Shown: piece by piece, positions 38,410 to 47,655 of the stretch
How positions within the stretch are numbered: the first letter of the stretch is position 1
How the letters are laid out: every line of letters begins with the position of its first letter
From: a virus
Taxonomy: Duplodnaviria > Caudoviricetes
Virus record (IMG/VR): IMGVR_UViG_3300049893_000970
Coordinates: 1 to 56,589 of that record
DNA: 56,589 bases
Reading direction: 5' to 3' (one strand)
Notes under the pieces: model-generated
Database searches by the model: none
Told to the model about the DNA's origin: nothing
What the model saw: only the letters and a program-made list of their open reading frames with translations
Made by a program: the position numbers and the translations under genes

Positions 38410-38720
38410 GGGCGCTCGCCTTCGTCATCAGCCTCATGGTCGCCTTCGGCGTGAACCGGGCGGCGATCAACCGGAACCAGGCGACCATCCAGGTCCACCA
38501 GCGGATCGTGCGCCAGCAGCGGACCGTGCTGACCTACCTGTGCCGGACCGTTCACCTCCTCGACACCGGCTACCTCCAGCAAGCGGACATCGCTCGCCAG
38601 TCCCTGCGCGACCCGAGTCTGCCGCCGTCCGCACGTGCTCGCTGGAGGAGCAGGCTCCAGGTCTACCTGACCATCCACCAGGAACTCTCCGACACGAGGG
38701 CGTGCCGCCAGATCGAGTGA
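38361..38720 (+). CDS. Single-TM protein (lysis cassette); start uncertain
   Basis: FWVVVGALAFVISLMVAFGV followed by a helical domain with two Cys. Confidence 0.5.
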   Translation, partial: GSVIEFADTRRFWVVVGALAFVISLMVAFGVNRAAINRNQATIQVHQRIVRQQRTVLTYLCRTVHLLDTGYLQQADIARQSLRDPSLPPSARARWRSRLQVYLTIHQELSDTRACRQIE

Positions 38721-39163
38721 TGCGAGTCGCCGCCGTCGTCCTCGTCGCCATCGCAGCCCTCGTCCTCCCGACCAGGGCTGCGCCTGCGAACGCCTACGTC
38801 CGCATCTACGGGACGACGACCGGCATCTCCTACGTGGACCTCGGCAACCCCGGACCCGGAGCAGGAGACGAGTCTATCCGGGGGCTGCGTCTGAGTGACC
38901 GACGCGGGCGCACCATCGGCAACGGCAGCATCATCTGCATCTCGCTCGGTCGGGCGCTTCCCGGCACGTCGCTCTGCAGCGGGGTCTACTCGCTGCCGAA
39001 GGGGAAGCTCGTCGTGTCCGGCACCCGCCGCTCGCCCGACTACTACGTGCTCCCGGTGACGGGCGGCACCGGCATCTTCCAGCGGGCCGCCGGAGTGCTG
39101 ATCGGCGACACCGTGAGCCGCAACCCGCGCAAGGACCGGCTCGTGTTCAACCTCGACCTGTGA
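38720..39163 (+). CDS. Secreted dirigent/allene-oxide-cyclase-like beta-barrel protein
   Basis: Signal peptide; VDLGNPGPGAGD and PVTGGTGIFQRAAG. Confidence 0.6.
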   Translation: MRVAAVVLVAIAALVLPTRAAPANAYVRIYGTTTGISYVDLGNPGPGAGDESIRGLRLSDRRGRTIGNGSIICISLGRALPGTSLCSGVYSLPKGKLVVSGTRRSPDYYVLPVTGGTGIFQRAAGVLIGDTVSRNPRKDRLVFNLDL

Positions 39164-40629
39164 CCGACCTCTTCCGCACCGGCACCTACCTGCGCTGCCC
39201 AGGCGGGAACGTCGAGAACGTGCCAGAGCAGATCGCCGCTGGCATGACCTGGGCGCTCCTCAACATCGGCGACGACCCATGCGTGCGGAGAGACCCGGCC
39301 GTGTGGGACCACCAGCGGTTCCTGTATCGGGCGACGAGCCTGCCGCACGGACCGTGGCTGCACGTTCGCTCGCTGGCCGACCTCGACTTCCTGATCCGTG
39401 TCGGCGTCGAGTGGCAGGCGGATGTGATCGGCTGCAACATCGAGGACGTGGTGGAGGACGGCCTCTCGCTGCGCGAGGTCGGCCGTAGGCTCCTCGGCGG
39501 ATGGGTGCAGCCATTCGGCAAGCCAGTCCACATGGCGACGCTGCCGTGGGTTCAGAACGGGCAGGGCTGGCAGCACGTCGCCTTCGCGTATCTCGCGCTG
39601 GAGATGTTTCCGCTGGAGGGCGGGCAGCCGTACCTCGACGAGTGGGAGCGGTGCGTCGACCACGCCTTCGCCGAGGGTGCAGAGCGGGTCACGCTCCTCT
39701 ACTCCACGACCTCGCCGCGCTCCGTCTATCCGAACGTCGCGCACTGCCTCTACACCGCCGACAACGTCACCGACTGGCGGACGTGGAAGGATGCAGTACC
39801 GCAGCCGGTTCCCCGACCGCCTGCACCGCCAACACCACCGGAGGTTCCGATGCTCACCGTCAAGCAGTTCCCGTACACCGGACCGTGCTTCGGACCCGGC
39901 CCGAAGCAGACACTGAACTACTCGACGGTGAAGGGGATCAAGCGGGCGATGATCCGGCTCGGCCTGCTCGACCAGAAGCTCGGCGAGGAGACCGACGACT
40001 TCGGGAGCGGCCTGCGGCAGGCGCTGAAGGAGTATCAGCGCGCCTCGCACCTGACCGTGACCGGCGACTACCGGAAGGGCACGTGGCTCGCCCTCCGCTC
40101 CGAGCGCCTGGAGACCGGACCGCACGCGGGCGAGTACGCCATCGACCGCCTCGGGCGGCGCTACGTCCAGGAGGACGTGCTGACGATGTGCTACCCGCAT
40201 CCAGAATGGGCGCTCTCGCAGGTCTGCCAGGGGCCGCATCAGACGGACGGCCTGCCGTGGACGAACTGGGCCATCGACTTCTGCGCTCCCGGCGGCACGC
40301 CCGTGCTCGCTGTCGAGCGGGCGACGATCACCCGCCTCTCCGGGCACGACCCGAACTACCCGCCGAACAACGCCATCGGAATCTGGGGCTGGTCGATCTA
40401 CTACGAGACGGCCGACGGTGGCACCTACTTCTCGACGCACTATGGCTCGCGCTCGGTGAAGCTCGGGCAGGTCGTCGAGGTCGGAACGCCCATCGGACTC
40501 GTCGGCTCCTGGCCCGGGAACCCTTCGCGCTCGCACACGCACCTCGGCTACTCGCACCCGAAGGGCAGCGCCTACGCGAAGGCGCACATCCTCGAAGTGG
40601 CGAACGCTCCCCGCTTCCCACTGCTCTAG
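39160..40629 (+). CDS. Endolysin: unknown N-terminal domain, Pro linker, PG-binding-like domain, M23 peptidase
   Basis: AIDFCAPGGTPVLAV, THY, IGLVG, HTHLG; ALKEYQRASHLTVTG. Confidence 0.85.
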   Translation: MTDLFRTGTYLRCPGGNVENVPEQIAAGMTWALLNIGDDPCVRRDPAVWDHQRFLYRATSLPHGPWLHVRSLADLDFLIRVGVEWQADVIGCNIEDVVEDGLSLREVGRRLLGGWVQPFGKPVHMATLPWVQNGQGWQHVAFAYLALEMFPLEGGQPYLDEWERCVDHAFAEGAERVTLLYSTTSPRSVYPNVAHCLYTADNVTDWRTWKDAVPQPVPRPPAPPTPPEVPMLTVKQFPYTGPCFGPGPKQTLNYSTVKGIKRAMIRLGLLDQKLGEETDDFGSGLRQALKEYQRASHLTVTGDYRKGTWLALRSERLETGPHAGEYAIDRLGRRYVQEDVLTMCYPHPEWALSQVCQGPHQTDGLPWTNWAIDFCAPGGTPVLAVERATITRLSGHDPNYPPNNAIGIWGWSIYYETADGGTYFSTHYGSRSVKLGQVVEVGTPIGLVGSWPGNPSRSHTHLGYSHPKGSAYAKAHILEVANAPRFPLL

Positions 40630-40673
40630 CCGACGCGCGCCTCAGACTTCGACCGTCAACCCAGGAGGCATGC

Positions 40674-40973
40674 ATGAGCAACCTCGCCCAGTGGTCACTC
40701 GTCGTCGCATTCTTCGTTCCGCTCGCGGTGTCGGTCCTGAACCAGGCGCACTGGCCTGCGCAGTTGAAGGCGGCGGTGTTCTTCGTCGTCTCGCTGCTGG
40801 CCGCTGCCGGGACCGCCTACTTCCAGGGCGACCTCACCGGCAAGCGGTTCGTGGACTCGGCGCTCCTGATCGTGGCCGCCGCCGCCGCCTTCTACAGAGG
40901 CTGGTGGAAGCCGGTCGGCGTCGCCGATCCGCTGGAGAGCAAGACGACGGTCACCAAGCCGCCGCCGCCGTAA
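40674..40973 (+). CDS. Holin
   Basis: 99 aa with 2-3 TM segments, after the endolysin; SD GGAGG. Confidence 0.75.
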   Translation: MSNLAQWSLVVAFFVPLAVSVLNQAHWPAQLKAAVFFVVSLLAAAGTAYFQGDLTGKRFVDSALLIVAAAAAFYRGWWKPVGVADPLESKTTVTKPPPP

Positions 40974-41068
40974 GCGCTGCCGCCTGATGCACGACCCGGA
41001 GCCGCCCATCGAGGCGGCTCCGTCGCTCTGGCGCGCTCTAGCCCGCGCTGTTGAGCGAGAACTTCGAC

Positions 41069-41110
41069 TTGACTTCCTCCGCCCGAGTGGTAGAGTTCCG
41101 AGTGCCATGA
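41069..41110 (+). promoter_or_regulatory. Promoter family copy 2 (start of early region)
   Basis: TTGACT-N16-TAGAGT...GAGTGCCATGA. Confidence 0.8.
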
Positions 41111-41355
41111 AGCAGCCGACTACGAAGGAGACGGCGATGCAGCCCGCCAGCCTGCTCGACCAACTCGACATCACCCCGCTGCACATCGAGCGCGGACGCC
41201 AGATGCGCTCAGTGGTGCAGCACGACATCGCGCACCGCGGACTCAGCGCGGAGAGCGCAGTCGAGTCGCTCGCCAGCTACCTCGGAGTCGAGGTGGAGAC
41301 GGTGAGACTCGCCATCGCCATCGCCAACGAGGCCGACGCGGCGGAGAGGGCGTGA
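41107..41355 (+). CDS. Hypothetical protein (alternative SD-led ATG at 41137)
   Basis: First ORF after the promoter. Confidence 0.6.
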   Translation: MKQPTTKETAMQPASLLDQLDITPLHIERGRQMRSVVQHDIAHRGLSAESAVESLASYLGVEVETVRLAIAIANEADAAERA

Positions 41356-41582
41356 GGACGATGACGCAGACCGTCACAGAGAAGTGGACGGGCACGAAGG
41401 CCGAGGTCGAGAGCGCCTGGATCACGGAGCGCATCGACCTCAGCTTCGTGACCGTGATTGACCGCGAGTCCTTCTCGAAGCCAGTGCGCGAGGAGTGGCC
41501 GCTGGAGAACATCGAGGGCGCGCTCGACGCCTACTGGCAGCACGGACTGGACTGCATGAATCACATCGGGACGCGAGCATGA
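41352..41582 (+). CDS. Hypothetical protein
   Basis: Coupled ORF. Confidence 0.6.
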   Translation: MRTMTQTVTEKWTGTKAEVESAWITERIDLSFVTVIDRESFSKPVREEWPLENIEGALDAYWQHGLDCMNHIGTRA

Positions 41583-41806
41583 GCGAGCGCTGGATTCCCG
41601 AGCCGCCGCCCGCAGCGCCCCGCTACGTCGAGCGCCTGCTGACGATCTGCCCCGACTGCCACGGGCTGGTGCGCAGGGTGCGGCTCGACATCACCGCAGA
41701 GGGCCAGCAGTACGGACCCTGGCGCTGCGCCATCCACGGCGAGGTCGCCGAGCCGCTGCACGAGTGGTATGAGATCCCGACTGGAGACGAGGAGGACGAC
41801 GCATGA
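41579..41806 (+). CDS. Small Zn-finger-like protein
   Basis: CPDC and CAIH. Confidence 0.6.
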   Translation: MSERWIPEPPPAAPRYVERLLTICPDCHGLVRRVRLDITAEGQQYGPWRCAIHGEVAEPLHEWYEIPTGDEEDDA

Positions 41807-42990
41807 CCGAGATGCTGCAGAGCAGCAGCGTGCAGGCGATCCGCCGGGAGGAGCACTCGACGCTGCAGGACCTGAGCGCCGAGCTACTCCGGCTCGCGGA
41901 ATCGAAGGCCGACTTCATCGTTGACACGCGCCGCATGAGCTTCGCCAGCGAGTCGCTCGGCGTCGGGCACGTGCTCACCGAAGGCGGCTCGCAGGAGACG
42001 CGGCAGGAGAGCTACCTGACCTTCGACAGCGACCGCCACGACGACATCGGCGGCGGCCCGGTGAACGAGTACGCGCACGGACAGATCCGGACGCGCCTCG
42101 GGATCCCGGCCAAGTACTACGACCGGATGCGCAGCGACGCTCCGGCGCTGCTCGATACCAACGTGAACCACTGGTTCCACAACGCACCGGAGACGCGGAT
42201 GGTGCGGATGCAGGAAGGGCGCGTGCGCGCGTTCCTGTCTAACCGCTACCGCCGCCTCGACAACGACGAGTTGCTCGCGCACGCGGTGGTGCCCGTGTTC
42301 GCCGAGTACGGAGACCGGCTGGTGTTCCACATCTCCGCGCTCACGGACAAGCGGCTCTACATCCGGGCGATCCTGCCCGAGCTTCAAGACGACATCACGC
42401 TCGACCCGAGGAACCACGTCATCCGCCGCGACGATGGAGGCGACGTGGTGCAGGCGGGGATCGAGATCCGCAACAGCGAGGTCGGAGCCGGGGCACTCTC
42501 GGTGACGCCGTTCATCTGGCGGCTGAAGTGTCTGAACGGACTCGTCATGAGCGACCGCTCGCTGCGCCGGTACCACATCGGACGCGAGCAGGAGGAGACG
42601 GCGTACGAGATCTTCCGCGACGACACGCTCGCCGCAGACGACCGGGCCTTCTACCTCAAGGTGCGCGACGCAGTCGCCGCCGCTCTCAGCGACGTGACCT
42701 TCGGGCAGATCGTCCAGCAGCTACGGGCTGCGGCGACCGGCGCGACCATCCTCGACCTGCCGCTCGCAACCGAGCGGCTGGCCAAGCGGATCGACCTGAG
42801 CGAGGACGAGTCGTCGTCGGTGCTCCGCTACCTCGCCATGGGCGGGGACCTCACGCAGTGGGGTGCGGTCAACGCGATCACGCGTGCTGCGAAGGACGCG
42901 GAGGGGTTCGACAGGCAGGCGGAGATGGAGACGCTCGGCGCAGCCGTCGTCGCCATGCCTGCGCAGGAGTGGGCGCAGATCGCCCGCTAG
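41803..42990 (+). CDS. DUF932/DUF945-like phage protein
   Basis: RAFLSNRYRRLDN, IRNSEVG, RLKCLNG, WGAVNAIT. Confidence 0.8.
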   Translation: MTEMLQSSSVQAIRREEHSTLQDLSAELLRLAESKADFIVDTRRMSFASESLGVGHVLTEGGSQETRQESYLTFDSDRHDDIGGGPVNEYAHGQIRTRLGIPAKYYDRMRSDAPALLDTNVNHWFHNAPETRMVRMQEGRVRAFLSNRYRRLDNDELLAHAVVPVFAEYGDRLVFHISALTDKRLYIRAILPELQDDITLDPRNHVIRRDDGGDVVQAGIEIRNSEVGAGALSVTPFIWRLKCLNGLVMSDRSLRRYHIGREQEETAYEIFRDDTLAADDRAFYLKVRDAVAAALSDVTFGQIVQQLRAAATGATILDLPLATERLAKRIDLSEDESSSVLRYLAMGGDLTQWGAVNAITRAAKDAEGFDRQAEMETLGAAVVAMPAQEWAQIAR

Positions 42991-43018
42991 CTACCGGCGC
43001 TGCATCGCCGGTCAACCA

Positions 43019-43050
43019 GGGGGCGGGAGCCTGAGCGGGGTCCCGCCCCC
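43019..43050. terminator. Hairpin
   Basis: GGGGGCGGGA...TCCCGCCCCC. Confidence 0.5.
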
Positions 43051-43070
43051 GACCAACCGAGGAGGACAGC

Positions 43071-44030
43071 ATGACAGCAATCGAGGCAGCAGAGAGACCC
43101 GGATACGCGGTGGGTCCCACGGATGACCCGTGGCCGATCCTGCCCGCGCCGACGACGGAGGATCGCCGCACGGTCTACGAGCGCATGGTCGCCGTGATCG
43201 CGGAGCTACCGGCCATCGGCAAGACGCAGAAGAACACGCAGCAGAACTTCATGTTCCGTGGGCACGACGACGTGATGAACGCGCTCAACCCGCTGCTGGC
43301 GAAGCACGGTGTGTTCATCGTGCCCGACGTGCTGGAGCGGATCACGGGCGAGCGGGTGACCGGGAACCAGAAGACGATGTACGAGGTCAACCTCCACGTC
43401 CGCTTCACCTTCTACGGACTGCTCGGCGACAGCTTCCGCGCGAGCGGGTGGGGCGAGGGCACGGACATGGGTGACAAGGGGACGAACAAAGCGATGACGA
43501 TGGCGTTCAAGTACGTCGTCGCACAGGCCTTCGCGCTGGCGACGGCGGAGATCTCGGACGCTGACCAGACCTCGCCGGAGGAGACGACACGCGGCGCGGC
43601 AGCCGCGGCGGCGGCGAGCGGGCGCAGGGAGTTCGACCCGGCGATCCACCTGCTCGACGGAGCCATCGTGGTCAGGACCGAGGAGGACGCGACCGCGCTG
43701 CGGATGGCACAGCGCGACCTCGACCCGAGCCAGGACTGGGCGGCCATCGAGGACTTCGTGGTGCTCTCGACCTTCGGCAAGCAGTACGACGCGCTGGAGG
43801 GCAGCGAGAAGCGCGAGTTCTACACGCGGCTGGCGAACGCAGTGGCGAAGGTGGATCAGATCGCCGGGCCGGGCGACTTCCCGCCCCCGAGCACGGAGCA
43901 GATCAAGGAGGCTTACGCCTGGGCCTTCAAGGGCGTCGTCCTGGCGCTCAGTGGCCCCGTGTCGCCCTCGGAGACTTCGGGCGACCAGCCAGCCGCGGAG
44001 GCCTCGGATGCGCCTGAGAACGCGTCCTGA
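43071..44030 (+). CDS. ERF-family single-strand annealing recombinase
   Basis: FRGHDDVMNALNPLLAKHG, GEGTDMGDKGTNKAMTMAFKY. Confidence 0.88.
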   Translation: MTAIEAAERPGYAVGPTDDPWPILPAPTTEDRRTVYERMVAVIAELPAIGKTQKNTQQNFMFRGHDDVMNALNPLLAKHGVFIVPDVLERITGERVTGNQKTMYEVNLHVRFTFYGLLGDSFRASGWGEGTDMGDKGTNKAMTMAFKYVVAQAFALATAEISDADQTSPEETTRGAAAAAAASGRREFDPAIHLLDGAIVVRTEEDATALRMAQRDLDPSQDWAAIEDFVVLSTFGKQYDALEGSEKREFYTRLANAVAKVDQIAGPGDFPPPSTEQIKEAYAWAFKGVVLALSGPVSPSETSGDQPAAEASDAPENAS

Positions 44031-44043
44031 GCGAAGAAGCAGC

Positions 44044-44065
44044 GAGGCCCGGTTTCCCGGGCCTC
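44044..44065. terminator. Hairpin
   Basis: GAGGCCCGG-tttc-CCGGGCCTC. Confidence 0.55.
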
Positions 44066-44207
44066 AAGGCTGCGCCATGAAGGACCGCCACGTTCGGTTC
44101 CGAACCCACCGGGTCCGGCCCGCGAAAGAGGAGACCATTCGAGGATCAGTGTACACTCGGGTCTGCCATGAAGGGGGTTACGGACAGCGAAAGAAAGCAG
44201 GAGATGC

Positions 44208-44972
44208 ATGTCAGTTCACGTGATGAGTTGGGTCCTCCAGCACTCGGAGGAGACGCTCGGTCGCAGGCTTGTCCTGCTCTGCCTCGCTGACCGAGCGAAC
44301 GACGACGGGACGGACGCATGGCCGAGCGTGGAGACGCTCGCACGCGATGCACGTATGTCGCGTCGGCAGGTGCAGCGAAGCCTCCGCGACCTAGAGACAA
44401 GCGGCGCGATCACGCAGTCGGGCACGAGCCGGAAGGGGACGCACATCTACAGCGTCAATATGACGCCCCCTAGGGGCGACATCCACGACGCCGCGGGGGC
44501 GACATTTGCGCCTGAGGGGGGCGACATCCTGCCGCCCGAACCGTCCTTAGTGCAACCACCCATAGAACCATCCGAAGGTCTTGCGCCGCTGGCGCGCGAG
44601 TACGACCCGCTCAAGGGCGAGAAGATCGACGGGCGCAACCTGCCGTGGGACGAACTCGTCCGGGTCACGAACGCGGACGAGCGCCTGGAGAAGGGCAAGA
44701 TCGCCCGGGCGCTGAAGGTCATCCGCGCGGTCGTGGTCGCAGACCATCACGCTCGCACCTTCGTTGACCCCGCCCACGGCGAGGCGTTCATCGCTCGGGA
44801 GATACGCTCGCGCGGCGCTCACTACCGGCGTCGCTGGCCGACCATCGAACTCACGCCGACCGCGCTCGCTGCGAACTGGAGCCGGGTCGTGACCGACCAA
44901 CCCGGCCAGGACCTCGCCGGGACCCTGGACGCCGCGCAGCGCGGCATCGACGCAGCGAGGAGGACCGCATGA
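44208..44972 (+). CDS. HTH replication initiator-like protein
   Basis: LVLLCLADRAN..G..AWPSVETLARDARMSRRQVQRSLRDLE. Confidence 0.85.
   Translation: MSVHVMSWVLQHSEETLGRRLVLLCLADRANDDGTDAWPSVETLARDARMSRRQVQRSLRDLETSGAITQSGTSRKGTHIYSVNMTPPRGDIHDAAGATFAPEGGDILPPEPSLVQPPIEPSEGLAPLAREYDPLKGEKIDGRNLPWDELVRVTNADERLEKGKIARALKVIRAVVVADHHARTFVDPAHGEAFIAREIRSRGAHYRRRWPTIELTPTALAANWSRVVTDQPGQDLAGTLDAAQRGIDAARRTA
44453..44527. repeat. Iteron-like repeats (candidate origin)
   Basis: GGGGCGACAT at 44473, 44496 and 44518, plus an inverted near-copy at 44460. Confidence 0.65.
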
Positions 44973-45157
44973 CCGAGTTCCAGGCACTCATCACGGGTGC
45001 GGTTACCGGCGCGCTCTTGAAGGCTGACGCCGAGGGACCGTTCCTGATCGACGTGACGCCGCAGATCGACGCCGACGGCAACTACCTACCGGAGATCTCG
45101 GTGGTCGGGCGCGAGTCCGGCGAGAAGCTCCGCGTTCGAATCGAGGTGGAGGCATGA
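44969..45157 (+). CDS. Hypothetical protein
   Basis: ATGA-coupled. Confidence 0.55.
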   Translation: MTEFQALITGAVTGALLKADAEGPFLIDVTPQIDADGNYLPEISVVGRESGEKLRVRIEVEA

Positions 45158-45819
45158 CCAAGACGTGCGCGCCTGCCATCGCCGCGATCAGCGTGGCGTT
45201 CCCTGGCAAGGCGTTCCCCGACAAGACGGCCGAGTTGTACGGACGGATGCTCGGCGACCTGGATCCCGCAGCCGTCTCGCGCGCGGTCGAGCGCCTGCTC
45301 AAGGGCGACGACTTCGTTCCGACGATCCACCGCATCCGAACCGAGGTGGCAGAGGAGGCGCTGGCGTTGCCGACGCCGGAGGAGGCGTGGGACATGGCGA
45401 CGCGAGGACGACTGCGTGGCGCTCCGCGCGAGGTCGCTGACGCTGTGGTCTCGGTCGGAGGGCGATGGGCGCTCCTGCACTCCGACCAGCCGACCATCGT
45501 TCGCTCGCAGTTCATGAAGTCGTACGGCGAGCGACGGCGGAACGCCATCGCCGAGTTCACGGGCGCGAAGCTGCCGCAGTTGACCGCGCACGACGGCGAG
45601 GTCATGGGGCAGACGATGGCGGCGCCGCCGGAGACGACGAGCGGCGCATACCTGCCGGTGCATGCGCGCTGGCTGCGGCGGATGCAGGGCCAGCAGCTGG
45701 CCGAGCCGACTGAGGCCGAGAAGGCACACGCCATCGAGGTGCTGCGCATCGGGCCGCCCGAGCACGGGGAGCCGGACGGCATCTACGGCGAGGCCGAGCG
45801 GATCCTGACGGGGGCGTGA
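45154..45819 (+). CDS. Putative helicase loader/inhibitor-like protein
   Basis: LGDLD...FVPTIHRIR..., PTPEEAW; follows the initiator. Confidence 0.6.
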   Translation: MTKTCAPAIAAISVAFPGKAFPDKTAELYGRMLGDLDPAAVSRAVERLLKGDDFVPTIHRIRTEVAEEALALPTPEEAWDMATRGRLRGAPREVADAVVSVGGRWALLHSDQPTIVRSQFMKSYGERRRNAIAEFTGAKLPQLTAHDGEVMGQTMAAPPETTSGAYLPVHARWLRRMQGQQLAEPTEAEKAHAIEVLRIGPPEHGEPDGIYGEAERILTGA

Positions 45820-45820
45820 A

Positions 45821-46375
45821 ATGGACATGAGCGCTGCTCTGCGGCTCTACAACCCGGAGGACCTGGGAGTAGACGGATACCCGAGCGCATGGCACCCCGA
45901 CTCCTGGCAGGACAATCTGCGCTGCGATCCCGTGAAGGACATCGTGCGCGAGATCGCGGGTCACCGCTGCGAGCGATGCAACCACCCGTACCTCACGCGC
46001 CGCCGCGAGCCGCGCATCTCGCAGGGAGGGCAGTGGTCACCCTGCGACATGCTGTGCGCGCACGGAGGGCCGACGCGCCGACGCGCTGGAGGCGAGAACG
46101 AAGCACAGTGGCGCATCCTCACCGTCCATCACCTGAACGGCGTCAAGTGGGACTGCCGCTGGTGGAATCTTGCCGCGCTCTGCCAGCGGTGCCACCTGGC
46201 GATCCAGGCGAAGGTGCTCATGGAGCGCGTCTGCCCGCTGGAGCACTCGGAGTGGTTCAAGCCGCACGCCGCGGGCTGGTACGCGGCGGCCTACCTGGGC
46301 GAGGACCTGACCCGCCGCGAGACGCTCGCACGCTTGGACGAGTTGCTCGCACTGGAGCGAGTGGAAGGAGCGTGA
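45821..46375 (+). CDS. HNH-like nuclease
   Basis: CERC, LTVHHLNG...NLAALCQRCH. Confidence 0.8.
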   Translation: MDMSAALRLYNPEDLGVDGYPSAWHPDSWQDNLRCDPVKDIVREIAGHRCERCNHPYLTRRREPRISQGGQWSPCDMLCAHGGPTRRRAGGENEAQWRILTVHHLNGVKWDCRWWNLAALCQRCHLAIQAKVLMERVCPLEHSEWFKPHAAGWYAAAYLGEDLTRRETLARLDELLALERVEGA

Positions 46376-46410
46376 CAATGACGACTGAAGCCGGTAGAGT
46401 GAGTGGTGCC

Positions 46411-46881
46411 ATGAGTGAGAGAGTCGGACTGCTGATCGAGGACGTGCCGACCGCTGTGATGGACGCGGTGAAGCGCGATGCGGCAGAACACGACATGAGC
46501 AGGAACGACGTGGTGTGCGAGATCCTGGCGACCCGCTTCCGGGTGCCGTGGTCGCCCACCGGGTACTCGTCCAAGTGGGAGGGCACGGACGAGTGGAACC
46601 TGCGGCTCACTCCGGAACTACAGAAGGCGATCAGCCGGTACGCGAAGGAGAACTCGTCGCCCGGCCGTCGCATCACTCAGCGAGGCGTCGTGATCACGAC
46701 GCTGCAACTGCACTACGACCTGCCGGTGTCATCGCCGCGCAGACGCCCGAGCCGTCCACCGCTGGATCCCGACCTGGTGCGCGAGGCGCGCGCTCGCAAG
46801 GAGGCCGGAGAATCCATCCGCTCCCTGTCGAGGCGCTACGGCATCAAGCGCGAGACCATCGCAAAGGCGATCTCGGAGTGA
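46411..46881 (+). CDS. DNA-binding protein (RHH-like repeats plus C-terminal HTH)
   Basis: GESIRSLSRRYGIKRETI; preceded by TAGAGT-N10-ATG. Confidence 0.7.
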   Translation: MSERVGLLIEDVPTAVMDAVKRDAAEHDMSRNDVVCEILATRFRVPWSPTGYSSKWEGTDEWNLRLTPELQKAISRYAKENSSPGRRITQRGVVITTLQLHYDLPVSSPRRRPSRPPLDPDLVREARARKEAGESIRSLSRRYGIKRETIAKAISE

Positions 46882-46895
46882 AGGAGGCTCGTCGC

Positions 46896-47201
46896 ATGAC
46901 CACGTACATCGTGATGCGGAAAGACACGGCGCGCGACCTGCGCGTGCTCGGAGTCAAGGTCGCGCACGGCCCGAAGCAGGCCATCCGCGAACTCGCGCTC
47001 GGCGACGACGCGCCCGGCTCGCTGGAGGGAACCTACGTCGCCGTGCCCATGAGGAACTGGACCGAGATGGCGCTGGCGCTGGAGACGCCTGCACCCATCG
47101 TCCGTCTGACCGAGATGGGCGCCATCGGCGTCATCGACGGGCAGGAGTCCATGCTCGACGAGCCGGAGCCGGAGCCTGCGACAGCAGCGCCGGTCGCATG
47201 A
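46896..47201 (+). CDS. Hypothetical protein
   Basis: SD AAGGAGG; MTTYIVM. Confidence 0.65.
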   Translation: MTTYIVMRKDTARDLRVLGVKVAHGPKQAIRELALGDDAPGSLEGTYVAVPMRNWTEMALALETPAPIVRLTEMGAIGVIDGQESMLDEPEPEPATAAPVA

Positions 47202-47655
47202 CGGTTCCTGCGCTCGTAGACGACCTGCTCCCCGAGGCTCCGTCGCACGCGCTCGCGGAGCGGCCGGAGGTGATCGCGAGCACACGCTCATCAACCGGAC
47301 GTGGGTGTGCAGGAACATCCCACCGAGCAGACGCCGCCCGGAGTTGTCGTTCTCGTCGCACGCGCTCGTCGCCGCCATGCCAGCGCGCGAGCAGCGTCAG
47401 TGGCTGGCTCTCGCGGTCGATTCGGGATGGACGCGGGCGGAACTCGACGCGCAGATCAAGGCTGCTCGGCGGGGTGCGCGGGCGGAGGAGGGCGCGGAGT
47501 CCGAGATCCCCCTGGGGGGACCGTCCACAGTATCCACAGGGCTGTTAGTGGACGCCGTCCAGTCGCTTCTTCGGAACGCTCAAGACGCGGGCGAGAACGT
47601 CATCTGCCGACGCGAGGATGTTCAGCGGGTCCGAGCAGCACTAGGCGATGAGTGA
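47198..47655 (+). pseudogene. LmbU-like DNA-binding protein remnant, frameshift/deletion near 47275
   Basis: TLINRTWVCRNIPPSRRRPELSFSSHALVA...WL..A...GWT..EL is out of frame with the coupled ATG. Confidence 0.55.
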
